Source: Nitrospirota bacterium (GTDB taxonomy: Bacteria > Nitrospirota > Thermodesulfovibrionia > Thermodesulfovibrionales > Dissulfurispiraceae). From it: a stretch of 64,000 nt of DNA. Shown here piece by piece: positions 51,765-61,662 of this stretch (positions are counted from its first letter, which is position 1; the number at the start of each line of letters is the position of its first letter). The stretch covers positions 128,001-192,000 of the forward strand of contig JBFMCP010000001.1 in assembly GCA_040754455.1 (NCBI GenBank). Direction: 5' to 3'. Both the position numbers and the translations under genes were made by a program. The notes under the pieces are model-generated. The model searched no databases, was not told the origin of the DNA, and worked only from the letters and a program-made list of their open reading frames with translations.

Positions 51765-52119
51765 ATGGTCCTTGTCGATACTTCAGTTTGGGTTGCGCAC
51801 TGACGAGATGGAAACGTTGGCTTGAAACACTGTTGAATAATGGTCAAGTCGTCTGTCACCCCTTTATCGTCGGTGAGCTCGCTTGTGGCAATCTTAGAAA
51901 CAGGGCTGAGATACTCTCTCTCCTGCAGGCGCTCCCGATGGCAAGCTTTACCGAACATGAAGAAGTGATCCAGTTCATAGGGCATTATACGCTTATGGGA
52001 AAGGTCTAGGGCACATAGATATGCATTTGCTTGCTTCAGCCCTGTTGACTGGCATTCCACTATGGACACTCGACAGGAGACCCCATGAGACATCTTCAAA
52101 ACTGGGGATAGGGTATTGA
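51765..52119 (+). pseudogene. vapC: Disrupted VapC PIN toxin
   Basis: MVLVDTSVWVAH then an in-frame TGA; CHPFIVGELACG and IDMHLLASALL..LWTLD lie in shifted frames. Confidence 0.85.
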
Positions 52120-52127
52120 TTCCCCTC

Positions 52128-52955
52128 TTACATATCCGGCGCAATAAACTCAACTTCTTTTTTCTTATAGGGACAAACGAATTTCAGTGAGACAGCGGTA
52201 AGCCTCATTCCTTCAATGTTCTTGTTCCCCCTTCCGTACTTCGGATCTCCCATTACCGGAAACCCGATCATGTCGAAATGGCGGCGTATTTGATGGAGCC
52301 GTCCCGTTTTGATTGTTACATTAACGATCGATATATTGCGCTCCGGATCGTACCGCTCCACTTCGTATTCGGTCAATGCGGATTTGCCGTCGAGCGGCAG
52401 GTCTATGGTGCCCGTTTTCCCCTTCTCAGCCGGATTGCCGAGCACCTCAATTCGATAGCGCTTAACAATCCGGTTGTCCCTGAAGAGTTCGGAAAGCTTT
52501 GCCGCAGCGTCTTTGCTGTGGACGAGGAGCATTATTCCCGATGCCTCGCGGTCAAGACGGTGAATGAGAAAAACCGGCCGTTTGGATTGAAAAAAGAGCT
52601 CGGCCTGCCGCATCAATGAGCAGTGATCGCCGTACATAGTGCCCTGGGTCATGAGGCCTGCTGGCTTGTACCAGACACTGTAGTGGCCCTGGTCGCTCAG
52701 GCACTTCGCCTCTGGCGGCTTCAGGGAGAGCAGGTGCTTGTCGTAATAGAATTCTATATGATCTCCCGCACTGAGCAGCGCCGTGGCCTTGCGCACTCTC
52801 TTGAGGCTGCCCTTCCCTTTTCGTATCCACACCGTGCCTTTGTTCATTGCATCTTTGACTTTGCTCTTGGAAAGCCCTGTCTCTGCAGCAAGAAAATCAC
52901 TGATTGTCGCGGAAGGGGCAGAACGAAGCGTCGTTTTAAAAACAGCCTTTTCCAT
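52128..52955 (-). CDS. RluA-family pseudouridine synthase
   Basis: YKPAG, HRLDREASG, TGRLHQIR, GDPKYG. Confidence 0.93.
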   Translation of the reverse strand: MEKAVFKTTLRSAPSATISDFLAAETGLSKSKVKDAMNKGTVWIRKGKGSLKRVRKATALLSAGDHIEFYYDKHLLSLKPPEAKCLSDQGHYSVWYKPAGLMTQGTMYGDHCSLMRQAELFFQSKRPVFLIHRLDREASGIMLLVHSKDAAAKLSELFRDNRIVKRYRIEVLGNPAEKGKTGTIDLPLDGKSALTEYEVERYDPERNISIVNVTIKTGRLHQIRRHFDMIGFPVMGDPKYGRGNKNIEGMRLTAVSLKFVCPYKKKEVEFIAPDM

Positions 52956-53168
52956 ACTCTATTGTACCATCTGCCGGCTTCTGATAATGCGCTCTGACCT
53001 GCATAATTCCAAATGTCGGACCACGAGAGGCCAGGGCACAGTGCTTCTACTTGTTCTCTCACCATTTGTGAATTATCGAGGCCAAGTACATATCTTTTCC
53101 ATGGAAGTATAAGATGATACACTTTATAATAAAAGCGCTGTTCATCATTTCTGCAAGGAGCAATTCTA

Positions 53169-53831
53169 ATGTATTCAAACCTTTATCACACCATCAGGAC
53201 GAACGTTTCCCTATGGAGCGTTCTCATTTTCATCATCTCCGCACTCCCTTCGACCGGCTGGGCGGGAGAGCCGACAGAGCAGGTACGGCAGTCGATAGAG
53301 TCGATACGAAGCGTCTTCAGGAATAAAGAGCTCAGCAAGCCGGAGAACAGGAAAGAAAGAAACGCGCAATTGCGCAGGATCGTCGAAGACCGGTTTGATT
53401 TCGAGGAGATGTCGAAGCGCTCTCTCGGCATTCATTGGAAGAAGAGGACGCCGGAGGAGCAGAAGGAGTTCGTTTCCCTATATAAAGACCTGCTCGAAGA
53501 TGTCTATCTGCGCAAGCTGGAGCGGCATGAGAGCGAAATAAAGGAGCATGTTGAGGACAGAGTAGTATACCTGAATGAGCGTATTGAGGATTCTTATGCT
53601 CTCGTGCAGACCCAGGTGATTACCAAAGACAGCAAGGAGGTGCGCCTCGACTACCGCCTCCTCAAGAGAAACGGGAAGTGGGAGGTGTACGATGTGTACA
53701 TCGAGGGGGTAAGCCTGGTAAATAATTACCGGAAGCAGTTCAGCCAGATTATACGGTCCGGTTCCTATGAGGAGCTCGTAAAACGGCTGAAAGAAAAGAA
53801 ATTCAAATCGCCCGAGGAGAAATCAAAATAA
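53169..53831 (+). CDS. MlaC/Ttg2D-family periplasmic lipid-binding protein
   Basis: FDFEEMSKRSLG..W, WEVYDVYIEGVSLVNNYR.QF. Confidence 0.88.
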   Translation: MYSNLYHTIRTNVSLWSVLIFIISALPSTGWAGEPTEQVRQSIESIRSVFRNKELSKPENRKERNAQLRRIVEDRFDFEEMSKRSLGIHWKKRTPEEQKEFVSLYKDLLEDVYLRKLERHESEIKEHVEDRVVYLNERIEDSYALVQTQVITKDSKEVRLDYRLLKRNGKWEVYDVYIEGVSLVNNYRKQFSQIIRSGSYEELVKRLKEKKFKSPEEKSK

Positions 53832-53899
53832 CCTTTCAACTTGTCTCTTTACTACTTAACAACCTAATTACAATCAATGACTACCACTACCTTGCCGGG

Positions 53900-54457
53900 T
53901 TAGTGCTCCCTTTCCAGCCCCTCTATGCATTTCCTGGTAATCGAGGTGATCGGTTCGAAATTCCTGCTCATGCACCAGCCGATAGGCCTCTTCGTCCTTG
54001 CGTAGTAGAGCGAGTAGAGCTGGATTCCCATTTTCGCGTAATCGCCCTTTTTCATCATCCTCCAGTTACGTCGCTCCTCGAAGAGAATGCAGAGGAGACA
54101 GCACAGATCGGCCCCCTGCTGCAGAATCGCGGGGTCTCCCCGCTCGAAGCCCTGGATATAGTAATCGGTGACATAGTAGCTGTCGATCCTCCTTGAGAGG
54201 GTCTCGCTCAGGAGGTGCGATACGTACAGCCCGCAGCGGAACAAATCTGCATTGATGAGCTTATGCTCGATAATGAATGAGCCGATCTTCGCCTTCAACA
54301 TGTTCTCGAAATCGACATTCATCAGAAATACGCCGTTTACCTCCGTTCCCAGTGACTCCCTCCCGATTTCGACCACATCTTTGAGGACCTCGGTGAAGTC
54401 GCTTTCGAGTGAGGTGTTCTTTTTTTCCTTGCGCCTGAATGGAACAATCTCTCCCAT
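53900..54457 (-). CDS. Hypothetical protein
   Basis: Long ORF with AAGGAG RBS before MGEIVPF; GADLCCLLCILF..YAKMG pattern; no function recognised. Confidence 0.7.
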   Translation of the reverse strand: MGEIVPFRRKEKKNTSLESDFTEVLKDVVEIGRESLGTEVNGVFLMNVDFENMLKAKIGSFIIEHKLINADLFRCGLYVSHLLSETLSRRIDSYYVTDYYIQGFERGDPAILQQGADLCCLLCILFEERRNWRMMKKGDYAKMGIQLYSLYYARTKRPIGWCMSRNFEPITSITRKCIEGLEREH

Positions 54458-54646
54458 AGGTACTCCTTTCAAAAACCGTCCGTTTCCGGACCCCTCATCA
54501 GGGAACGCTCATTATTGATGCACGACATTCGACAGTGTTGCGTAGTATAGTTATCGGGGACCCATCACGAACCTTCATATCAGCAGTATGCACAAAAGCT
54601 ATAAGATGATACTTCCCCTTGCTATAATTGTAATAGAAAGGCGAGC

Positions 54647-55225
54647 ATGGATACCACAGCAGAACGAAAAGAGACTGATATGCCTCAAAAAAAGCTCGAA
54701 AAGGCAACCTTTGCCGGCGGCTGCTTCTGGTGCATGGAATCCCCCTTTGATAAGCTCAGAGGAGTGATATCCACCACCGTCGGCTACACCGGCGGCCATA
54801 CCGAGAATCCCACTTATGAGGAGGTTTCAACAGGAACAACGGGGCACGCCGAAGCCATAGAAATCGTCTACGATCCTGCTCAGGTGCCCTATACCGAGCT
54901 GCTCGATGCCTTCTGGAAGCTTATCGATCCCACGACCCGGAACCAGCAATTTGCCGACAGGGGGAGCCAGTACCGGACCGCCATTTTTTATCATAACGAG
55001 GAACAGAGAAGACTGGCCGAAGCATCAAAGGAGCGGCTCGAAAAATCAGGCAAATTCAACAGACCTATCGTCACTGAAATCGTTCCGGCATCAAAATTCT
55101 ATCCCGCTGAAGAATATCACCAGGACTACTACAGAAAGAACCCCTTTCAGTATAAAATGTATCTCTCCGGATCGGGAAGAGAGGAATTCATATTCAGGAC
55201 ATGGGGAAAGGATGCAGCGAAATGA
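54647..55225 (+). CDS. msrA: Peptide methionine sulfoxide reductase A
   Basis: AGGCFWC, GHAEA, QYRTAIF, AEEYHQDYY. Confidence 0.95.
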   Translation: MDTTAERKETDMPQKKLEKATFAGGCFWCMESPFDKLRGVISTTVGYTGGHTENPTYEEVSTGTTGHAEAIEIVYDPAQVPYTELLDAFWKLIDPTTRNQQFADRGSQYRTAIFYHNEEQRRLAEASKERLEKSGKFNRPIVTEIVPASKFYPAEEYHQDYYRKNPFQYKMYLSGSGREEFIFRTWGKDAAK

Positions 55226-55261
55226 ATATTCTGGTATAGTATTCGGAACATGGATGACTGT

Positions 55262-55582
55262 ATGAAAATATATGCAACATTGCTCGTACAACTCGCCGTT
55301 ATGCTGTCAGTCGCCACTGTGGCCGGTGCCGTCCCTGTCGGGCGGGACCTCGAATGGGCATCCGGCAGCAGCACGATCGTGTTCAGCGGCGCCCTTCATG
55401 CCGACAAAGGATATACCTGCAATGATTGCCACCCGGTGCCCTTCCTCATGAAAAAGACCGCCGGTAAAATGAAAATGGCGGAGATCAATGCCGGACAGTA
55501 TTGCGGCGCCTGCCACGACGGAGAGAAGGCCTTCAGTTCGAAAAAGCTCGAAAACTGCATCAAGTGCCACACCTGGAAGTAG
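55262..55582 (+). CDS. Triheme c7-type periplasmic cytochrome
   Basis: Signal peptide; three CxxCH motifs (CNDCH, CGACH, CIKCH). Confidence 0.88.
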   Translation: MKIYATLLVQLAVMLSVATVAGAVPVGRDLEWASGSSTIVFSGALHADKGYTCNDCHPVPFLMKKTAGKMKMAEINAGQYCGACHDGEKAFSSKKLENCIKCHTWK

Positions 55583-55636
55583 GGAACGCCCATCCCTGCC
55601 GTTGACCACCTCTGACTGATCCGGTAACCAGCGCTT

Positions 55637-57370
55637 TTATTTCTTCCCTGTCTTCTGCAGCTTCGCCCACTCATCCTTTAATGTCACGGTCCTGTTGAAG
55701 ACCGGCCTTTCGGGCGAAGAGTCGATGCTATCGACACAAAAATAGCCCAGGCGTTCGAACTGGAATTTGTCTCCCGGCTTTGCCTCTTTGAGGCTCGGCT
55801 CCAGGCGGCATGACTGCAGCACCTCGAGCGATTTGGGGTTCAGATAGTCGGTAAAGTCCTTTCCTTCCTCTACATCGTTGGGGTTTTCTTTCGTGAAAAG
55901 CGTGTCGTAGAGACGCACTTCCGCCTCGATCGCATGCGAAGCCGAGACCCAGTGCAGCGTTGCCTTGACCTTGCGGCCGTCAGGGGCGTCGCCGCCCCGT
56001 GTCGCGGGATCGTACGTACAGTGCAGTTCAACAATATTCCCATTTGCATCTTTCACTACACTCCCGCATTTGACGAAGTAGGCATATCGCAGGCGCACCT
56101 CGCGTCCCGGCGCCAGACGGAAGAACTGCTTCGGCGGGGCCTCCATGAAGTCATCCCGCTCGATATACAGCTCCCGCGAAAAAGGGACTTTCCTCGTCCC
56201 TGCGTTCGGGTCTTCAGGGTTGTTGATGGCGTCCAGATATTCGACCCGGCCTTCGGGATAGTTGTCGATGACCACCTTGAGCGGCCGCAGCACCCCCATC
56301 ACCCGTGGGGCCCGTTTGTTCAGATCCTCGCGGATACAGAATTCGAGCAGTGCCATATCGACAAGGCTCTCCTTCTTGCCTACCCCGATCCGCTCGCAGA
56401 AGTTCCTGATCGCCTCAGGCGTATAGCCGCGCCGCCGGATGCCTGCAAGGGTGGGCATCCGGGGATCGTTCCAGCCCGTGACATACTTCTCATTCACCAG
56501 TTTAAGGAGCTTCCGTTTGCTCAGCACCGTATGGCTCAGATTGAGGCGTGCGAACTCGATCTGCTGCGGGTGATAGATATTCAATGCATCAAGAAACCAG
56601 TCGTAGAGCGGCCGGTGGTCCTCATACTCCATAGTACAGATAGAATGGGTGATCCCCTCAATAGAATCGGAGATGCCGTGGGCATAATCGTACATAGGAT
56701 AGATGCACCACGTAGTGCCGGTCCGGTGATGCTCATCTTTTTTTATCCTGTACATGACGGGATCGCGCATATTAATGTTGCCCGAGGCCATATCGATCTT
56801 GGCCCTGAGGACGCAGGTGCCTTCATCGAACTCGCCGTTCCTCATGCGCTCGAAGAGGTCGAGGTTCTCCTCCACCGAGCGGTTACGGTAAGGGCTCTCT
56901 TTACCCGGTGCGGTCAGGGTGCCGCGATACTCTCTGATCTGGTCAGCAGACAGATCGCAGACATAGGCCTTGCCCATTTTGATGAGCGCAACGGCATATT
57001 CATAAAGCTTGCCGAAATAGTCCGAGGCATAGTAGAGCCGGCCACCCCAGTCGAATCCCAGCCAGCGGACATCCTCCATAATGGATTCCACATACTCCAT
57101 CTCCTCTTTGCTCGGATTGGTGTCGTCGAAGCGGAGGTTGCAGAGTCCCCCGAACTCGGCAGCCAGGCCGAAGTTGAGGCATATTGATTTGGCGTGGCCG
57201 ATGTGCAAATAACCGTTCGGCTCCGGCGGGAACCGCGTCATGAGCCTGCCGCCGAATTTGCCGGTCTCCATGTCCTCGGCGATGATCGCCCGGATGAAAT
57301 TGGGTGCCGGGACAGCAGCCTTTTCGTCCTTCTTTTCGTCTATTTTCTTATCAGGTTTCGGTAGTTCCAT
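55637..57370 (-). CDS. glnS: Glutamine-tRNA ligase
   Basis: [29 protein letters not shown]. Confidence 0.97.
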   Translation of the reverse strand: MELPKPDKKIDEKKDEKAAVPAPNFIRAIIAEDMETGKFGGRLMTRFPPEPNGYLHIGHAKSICLNFGLAAEFGGLCNLRFDDTNPSKEEMEYVESIMEDVRWLGFDWGGRLYYASDYFGKLYEYAVALIKMGKAYVCDLSADQIREYRGTLTAPGKESPYRNRSVEENLDLFERMRNGEFDEGTCVLRAKIDMASGNINMRDPVMYRIKKDEHHRTGTTWCIYPMYDYAHGISDSIEGITHSICTMEYEDHRPLYDWFLDALNIYHPQQIEFARLNLSHTVLSKRKLLKLVNEKYVTGWNDPRMPTLAGIRRRGYTPEAIRNFCERIGVGKKESLVDMALLEFCIREDLNKRAPRVMGVLRPLKVVIDNYPEGRVEYLDAINNPEDPNAGTRKVPFSRELYIERDDFMEAPPKQFFRLAPGREVRLRYAYFVKCGSVVKDANGNIVELHCTYDPATRGGDAPDGRKVKATLHWVSASHAIEAEVRLYDTLFTKENPNDVEEGKDFTDYLNPKSLEVLQSCRLEPSLKEAKPGDKFQFERLGYFCVDSIDSSPERPVFNRTVTLKDEWAKLQKTGKK

Positions 57371-57487
57371 GCGTGCTTCCTTTTATGTTGATGTGCTCGG
57401 AGCAATAGCTTTCCTTTGCCCGCTCTTTATTTTAACACATTGGATATTCTCATAGAATGAGACGTTATGGTACAATAAGTATTGGTT

Positions 57488-57574
57488 GCCGAAGTGGCGG
57501 AACTGGCAGACGCGCTAGGTTCAGGGTCTAGTGGTCGCAAGGCCGTGCGGGTTCGAGTCCCGCCTTCGGCACCA
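57488..57574 (+). tRNA. tRNA-Leu (CAG)
   Basis: GCCGAAG/CTTCGGC acceptor stem, anticodon loop TTCAGGG, long variable arm, GGTTCGAG T-loop, encoded CCA. Confidence 0.97.
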
Positions 57575-57749
57575 TTTTCTTCATCTCTCCAAATGCTTAC
57601 CTTCCTGACAAAAAGTCAGATGTATACCGGCTTCTGCATGATACCGGCCGTTCCATTACGCCGAATCCTGCGGTCTCGTTGCTGTTAAAATTGATTTTAT
57701 ATCGTAAGCCTAATATAATGTACTACTTCACAGGGCTCAAGGGAGGAAT

Positions 57750-59027
57750 ATGGGAGAGAGGGATAACAAGCACCGGGGTGACGCACCATCGAAGCTCACT
57801 AAAATACCGGTCGCCGTGGACCGTCTCTTTTTGGGCCTCAGAATCCCTTTCGATGTGTTCCTCAAACAGGAAAACAAGTATGTCCATCTTTTCACAAAAT
57901 GGACTCATTTTGACGAAGCCACCAAAGCGATTCTGGATGAGAAAGGGATACGACATGTTTATATAGAGGGTACCGCATCCACGATCGAAGCGTACTTCAA
58001 GCATGCAGCCGATATTAAACCGGCAGGAGTAGATCCAAAAAAGTTCTATGAGTATTCACGCAGGAAAGAAGAGCTCCACCATATAGATAAAACCATACTG
58101 GTCGATAAAAACCTCTTCGTGACCGGTACAACAATCAATTTCAGCATTTTCGCAATCAATAATATGGCCTTCGAAATGTTAGTCGAGGCATCGGAAAACG
58201 CTCCCGTTGCAATACCCAAAAGAGTGCTCACCGTCAAAGGGGACCTGGCGATAAAGGTGACTGATGTCCCGCTCTATCAGGACTATCTCAACAGAATTCT
58301 CAGCGCTCCGGACATTCCCGAAACGTTAAAACAGAAAGGCAAGGCTATTTCCTTAAAAGAAAATTCAAAGATCCTTATTAGGGATGTCCTTGCAAACCCC
58401 CAGGAGAAAGGAAAGATCGAGGAACTGGGCGGTCTCGTCAATACAATGATCGATTCGGTCATAAATATGAATGTCACCGCTGCTGATCTTATGTCGCTGA
58501 AGAACCATGACCTCTATACCTATACGCATTCGGTCAATGTAACGGTCATGTCGATCACTCTCGGCATTGCGGTAGGGTTCGATAGGAATAAAATAGAGAA
58601 GCTGGCCCTTGGCGCGATACTGCATGACATAGGGAAAAGCAGGATATCTCCTGACATCCTGAACAAGCAGGGGGAGCTCACCGATCAGGAGTTCTCTATC
58701 ATGAAGACCCATGTGGCTGAGGGCGTAAGGATACTGGATGACAACACGCAGATTCCGCGGGAGGCTCTTATCCCTGTCCTTCAGCATCACGAGAGGCTCT
58801 CGGGCAGGGGATATCCCTTCGGGCTGAGCGGCAAGGCGATCAAACCCTTCGGGAGAATAGCCGCTATTGCCGATTGCTATGACTACCTGACGACGCCCCG
58901 CCCCTATCGCTATGCCTATACGCCGTACATGACTCTCTCTCTCCTCGCCAAGGAGACAAAGGGGAAAGGAGATTTCGATCAGGAGTACTTGAAAGCGTTC
59001 ATACAAACACTCGCTATTATTTCTTAG
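57750..59027 (+). CDS. HD-GYP domain phosphodiesterase
   Basis: HSVNV, LHDIGK, HHERLSGRGYP, RPYR. Confidence 0.92.
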   Translation: MGERDNKHRGDAPSKLTKIPVAVDRLFLGLRIPFDVFLKQENKYVHLFTKWTHFDEATKAILDEKGIRHVYIEGTASTIEAYFKHAADIKPAGVDPKKFYEYSRRKEELHHIDKTILVDKNLFVTGTTINFSIFAINNMAFEMLVEASENAPVAIPKRVLTVKGDLAIKVTDVPLYQDYLNRILSAPDIPETLKQKGKAISLKENSKILIRDVLANPQEKGKIEELGGLVNTMIDSVINMNVTAADLMSLKNHDLYTYTHSVNVTVMSITLGIAVGFDRNKIEKLALGAILHDIGKSRISPDILNKQGELTDQEFSIMKTHVAEGVRILDDNTQIPREALIPVLQHHERLSGRGYPFGLSGKAIKPFGRIAAIADCYDYLTTPRPYRYAYTPYMTLSLLAKETKGKGDFDQEYLKAFIQTLAIIS

Positions 59028-59272
59028 TACAGCCTCCACACCACCTGCACGGCGGTAGAAATAGAGAGGCGGGAGATATCATTTCCGGTAGCCAGGTCGC
59101 TCAGGGGTTCTCTCCAGAAGGCGCCTTGCGCGGAGCATTGAGCGGAGCATTGACATGTAGAACATTTTGTGATAATTCTTAGGTATACTATTGCAACTTT
59201 CAATTCTTGATACGTTCGGTATCCCGGACTAGCGCACCATCAATTTAAGATTCCGAAAAGGAGGCAGGAGAA

Positions 59273-59659
59273 ATGAATTCATTCATGAAGTCAGTAGCGT
59301 GGTATCTCGTTGTGGCGATGTTTATCATCGGCATCGCTCCCCGTGTCGATGCAGCATTCTCTCCCTCTCAGGCGATCGCGCTTGCACAGGCCGACAGGGC
59401 GGCCGATCTCCAGAAAGTCCAGAACGTGCTCGAGATGAAGATGGTGAAGGACAGGCTCGAAAAACTCGGCTACACCCAGGAGGAGATACAGCAGCGCCTC
59501 AGCCAGCTCAGCGACCAGCAACTGCATCAGCTTGCATTGAATCTCGATGAGCTGAAGGTCGGCGGCGATGCGCTGGGGGTTATTATTGCGCTCCTCGTTA
59601 TTGCCATCCTCGTTGTCATCTTCTTGCAGCTTACGGGGCACAAGGTCATTATCAAGTAA
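59273..59659 (+). CDS. PA2779-family-like protein
   Basis: Signal peptide, RL..LG..RLSQLSD..L.QLA core, GG motif, then a hydrophobic C-terminal helix. Confidence 0.7.
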   Translation: MNSFMKSVAWYLVVAMFIIGIAPRVDAAFSPSQAIALAQADRAADLQKVQNVLEMKMVKDRLEKLGYTQEEIQQRLSQLSDQQLHQLALNLDELKVGGDALGVIIALLVIAILVVIFLQLTGHKVIIK

Positions 59660-59680
59660 GGCACTTTTCCTGTTGAAGCA

Positions 59681-59717
59681 AAAAACGGGGAGGGGCCATG
59701 CCCTCCCCGTTTTTTTT
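59681..59717 (+). terminator. Intrinsic terminator
   Basis: AAAAACGGGGAGGG..CCCTCCCCGTTTTTTT. Confidence 0.88.
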
Positions 59718-59760
59718 GCTTCCCCTCACCCGGTATGATCAACAGGGTCAGTTCAGAATT

Positions 59761-60885
59761 ATGGCACCTGATATCATCAGCCCCCCATCGTTAGCAGAGC
59801 ACTTTACCGATAAAGAGATCGCATCGCTGCTGGATCGGAAACTGCTGCATGCCCTCTCTTATGACGGGATCGATATGGTGAGGCTCTCCCAGGATTACAA
59901 GAGCTATCCGAGAGGCACGGTGTTTCATGGGCATACCGTTATCCCGGGATATCCAGCGATCATGAGGGTCCTCCACCTTAAAAACGGCATTGAGCATTAC
60001 TTCGAAGATACCTTTTATATCGAAGAAAAAGTGGACGGCTATAACGTAAGGGTGGCAATGATCAACGGCACCCCCCTCGCCTTTACCAGAGGCGGCTTTG
60101 TCTGTCCCTTCACCACTGATCGGCTCCCTGATCTGATCGACCTCACTTTTTTTGATTACTACCCGCAGTATACGCTCTGCGGGGAGATCGTCGGTCCGGG
60201 GAACCCTTATAATACTGAGGTTATCCCTTATATCAAGGACGATGTTGTCTTCTTTGTCTTTGACTTCCTGGATGAGCAGGGAAGACAGATTGCCATAACT
60301 GAACGGTACGCCCTTCTTGAGTGCTTTCATATGCACCAAGTAGCACGCTGGGGTGAGTTCAGCCTATCGGATATTCCTGCGGTAAAGGAGATCATTCTCG
60401 AGCTGGACAGAACCGGCAGAGAGGGAATCGTGGTCAAGCCGACAGGCAGCGGCAGGATGATAAAGTATGTCACCCCGTCGTCCTGCCTAAGGGACCTCCA
60501 ATCGACCACTAACCTTATGGCAGAGATTCCGGCAGGTTACTATATTCAGCGAATACTCAGGGCGGTCTTCTTCTCACATGAATTCGGCATTCCGCTGAGC
60601 GAAGACTATCTTGTTGCATCGGCAAAAGCGCTCTACAGTATCCCCGGTCTGGCAGTGGAGCAGATAGCCAACGGCGGCAGCATAAAAGAAACGTTCGAGA
60701 TAAAGGTGCGACATAAGGAGGCTATAGATAAGCTACTCGCCCATTTGAACAGGGCAGGAGTGCGGACAGAGCTCGTTTCGCTGGAGCAAATGGATGGCTA
60801 TTTCAAGGTAAAATTCTATAAAATCTATACAAAAATGACCAAGGAGCTCCGGCACCGACTTGCAGGAAAGGGCTTTTACGACTAA
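59761..60885 (+). CDS. ATP-dependent RNA ligase, Pab1020/Rnl3 family (start uncertain)
   Basis: Motif I EKVDGYNVR, TRGGFVCPFTT, LCGEIVGP.NPY, FFVFD, GREGIVVK, KYVT, C-terminal dimerisation region. Confidence 0.9.
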   Translation: MAPDIISPPSLAEHFTDKEIASLLDRKLLHALSYDGIDMVRLSQDYKSYPRGTVFHGHTVIPGYPAIMRVLHLKNGIEHYFEDTFYIEEKVDGYNVRVAMINGTPLAFTRGGFVCPFTTDRLPDLIDLTFFDYYPQYTLCGEIVGPGNPYNTEVIPYIKDDVVFFVFDFLDEQGRQIAITERYALLECFHMHQVARWGEFSLSDIPAVKEIILELDRTGREGIVVKPTGSGRMIKYVTPSSCLRDLQSTTNLMAEIPAGYYIQRILRAVFFSHEFGIPLSEDYLVASAKALYSIPGLAVEQIANGGSIKETFEIKVRHKEAIDKLLAHLNRAGVRTELVSLEQMDGYFKVKFYKIYTKMTKELRHRLAGKGFYD

Positions 60886-60951
60886 ACATCCCGATAATCA
60901 AGCGCCACATTCCAAAAATTATTTATTATTCGAAATTCGGGACGTGGAATT

Positions 60952-61662
60952 CTATTCTTTTTGCCTTTTTGCGAGGAGTTCCGTCCTTTTGATGGCGCTC
61001 ATCAGGTACTCTTTGAATTTTTCGGGGAAGAGCCATTGTATCCCGAGCTTTTCCGCCCACTTTACCAATCCCTGGTCAGCGGTGATCAGCAGGGCATTGA
61101 GCTCTAGAGCGAGGAGCAGAAGATCGACATCCTCCTTGCTGTCGATAATCCCCTCGCGCAATGCCTCGCGGTACTTTTTTCTCAGATCCTGGATGATCTC
61201 ATCAGCCCTCTTGTGCTCTGCGCTCCGCACCGCTTTCTCGGCGAGCCGCAGCCCCTTATTGATCCTCTCCCGTATATCTTCGATCAGCTCATAGAGGAGG
61301 AATCCGGGGCACTGGATCTCATGTCTCTTGGGCGGCTTTTGGTGGAGGATCAGGAGCAGGTCTGCCGGAATCTTGTCGCGCTCGACGAAGTGGAGCAGCT
61401 CCTCAAAAATAGAGGGGGGCATATAGAATTCGAGGATATGTATCTGCGCCGCCATAAAGAGAAAATTCTCGAGCGCCTCGGTGGGAGAAGCGCCGAGACT
61501 GGTCCGCACGTCAGGATTAACGAAGAGACTTGTGTCAAGGACCACATTTAAGGGAGATGTGCGGGAACGCGGACGCGCAGAGGTCTTTTTCGCGGCTTTT
61601 TTTTCTTCAGAGCTTCCGTTCTTCTGCTCTTCCGGACTGCTTTTACGCTTTGCAGGACTCAT
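60952..61662 (-). CDS. Protein-only RNase P (HARP; PIN-like 'RNA ligase partner' family)
   Basis: VLDTS, FYMPPS, RERINKGLR, YREALREGIIDSKEDVD, TADQG: the HARP signature with its Asp set. Confidence 0.9.
   Translation of the reverse strand: MSPAKRKSSPEEQKNGSSEEKKAAKKTSARPRSRTSPLNVVLDTSLFVNPDVRTSLGASPTEALENFLFMAAQIHILEFYMPPSIFEELLHFVERDKIPADLLLILHQKPPKRHEIQCPGFLLYELIEDIRERINKGLRLAEKAVRSAEHKRADEIIQDLRKKYREALREGIIDSKEDVDLLLLALELNALLITADQGLVKWAEKLGIQWLFPEKFKEYLMSAIKRTELLAKRQKE

Noticed and set aside
51798..51803. In-frame TGA in vapC as selenocysteine
   Set aside because: Not a Cys position, and further frameshifts show pseudogenisation.
48540..57370. gltX and glnS in the same region
   Set aside because: Both are ordinary and unlinked (opposite strands, about 6 kb apart).
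57488..57574. tRNA-Leu as an integration site
   Set aside because: No integrase and no duplicated tRNA 3' end were seen in the window.
59130..59153. Tandem 12-mer GCGGAGCATTGA x2 (also GAAGCCAACC x2 near 33820)
   Set aside because: Only two units with no spacers; not CRISPR and probably slippage.
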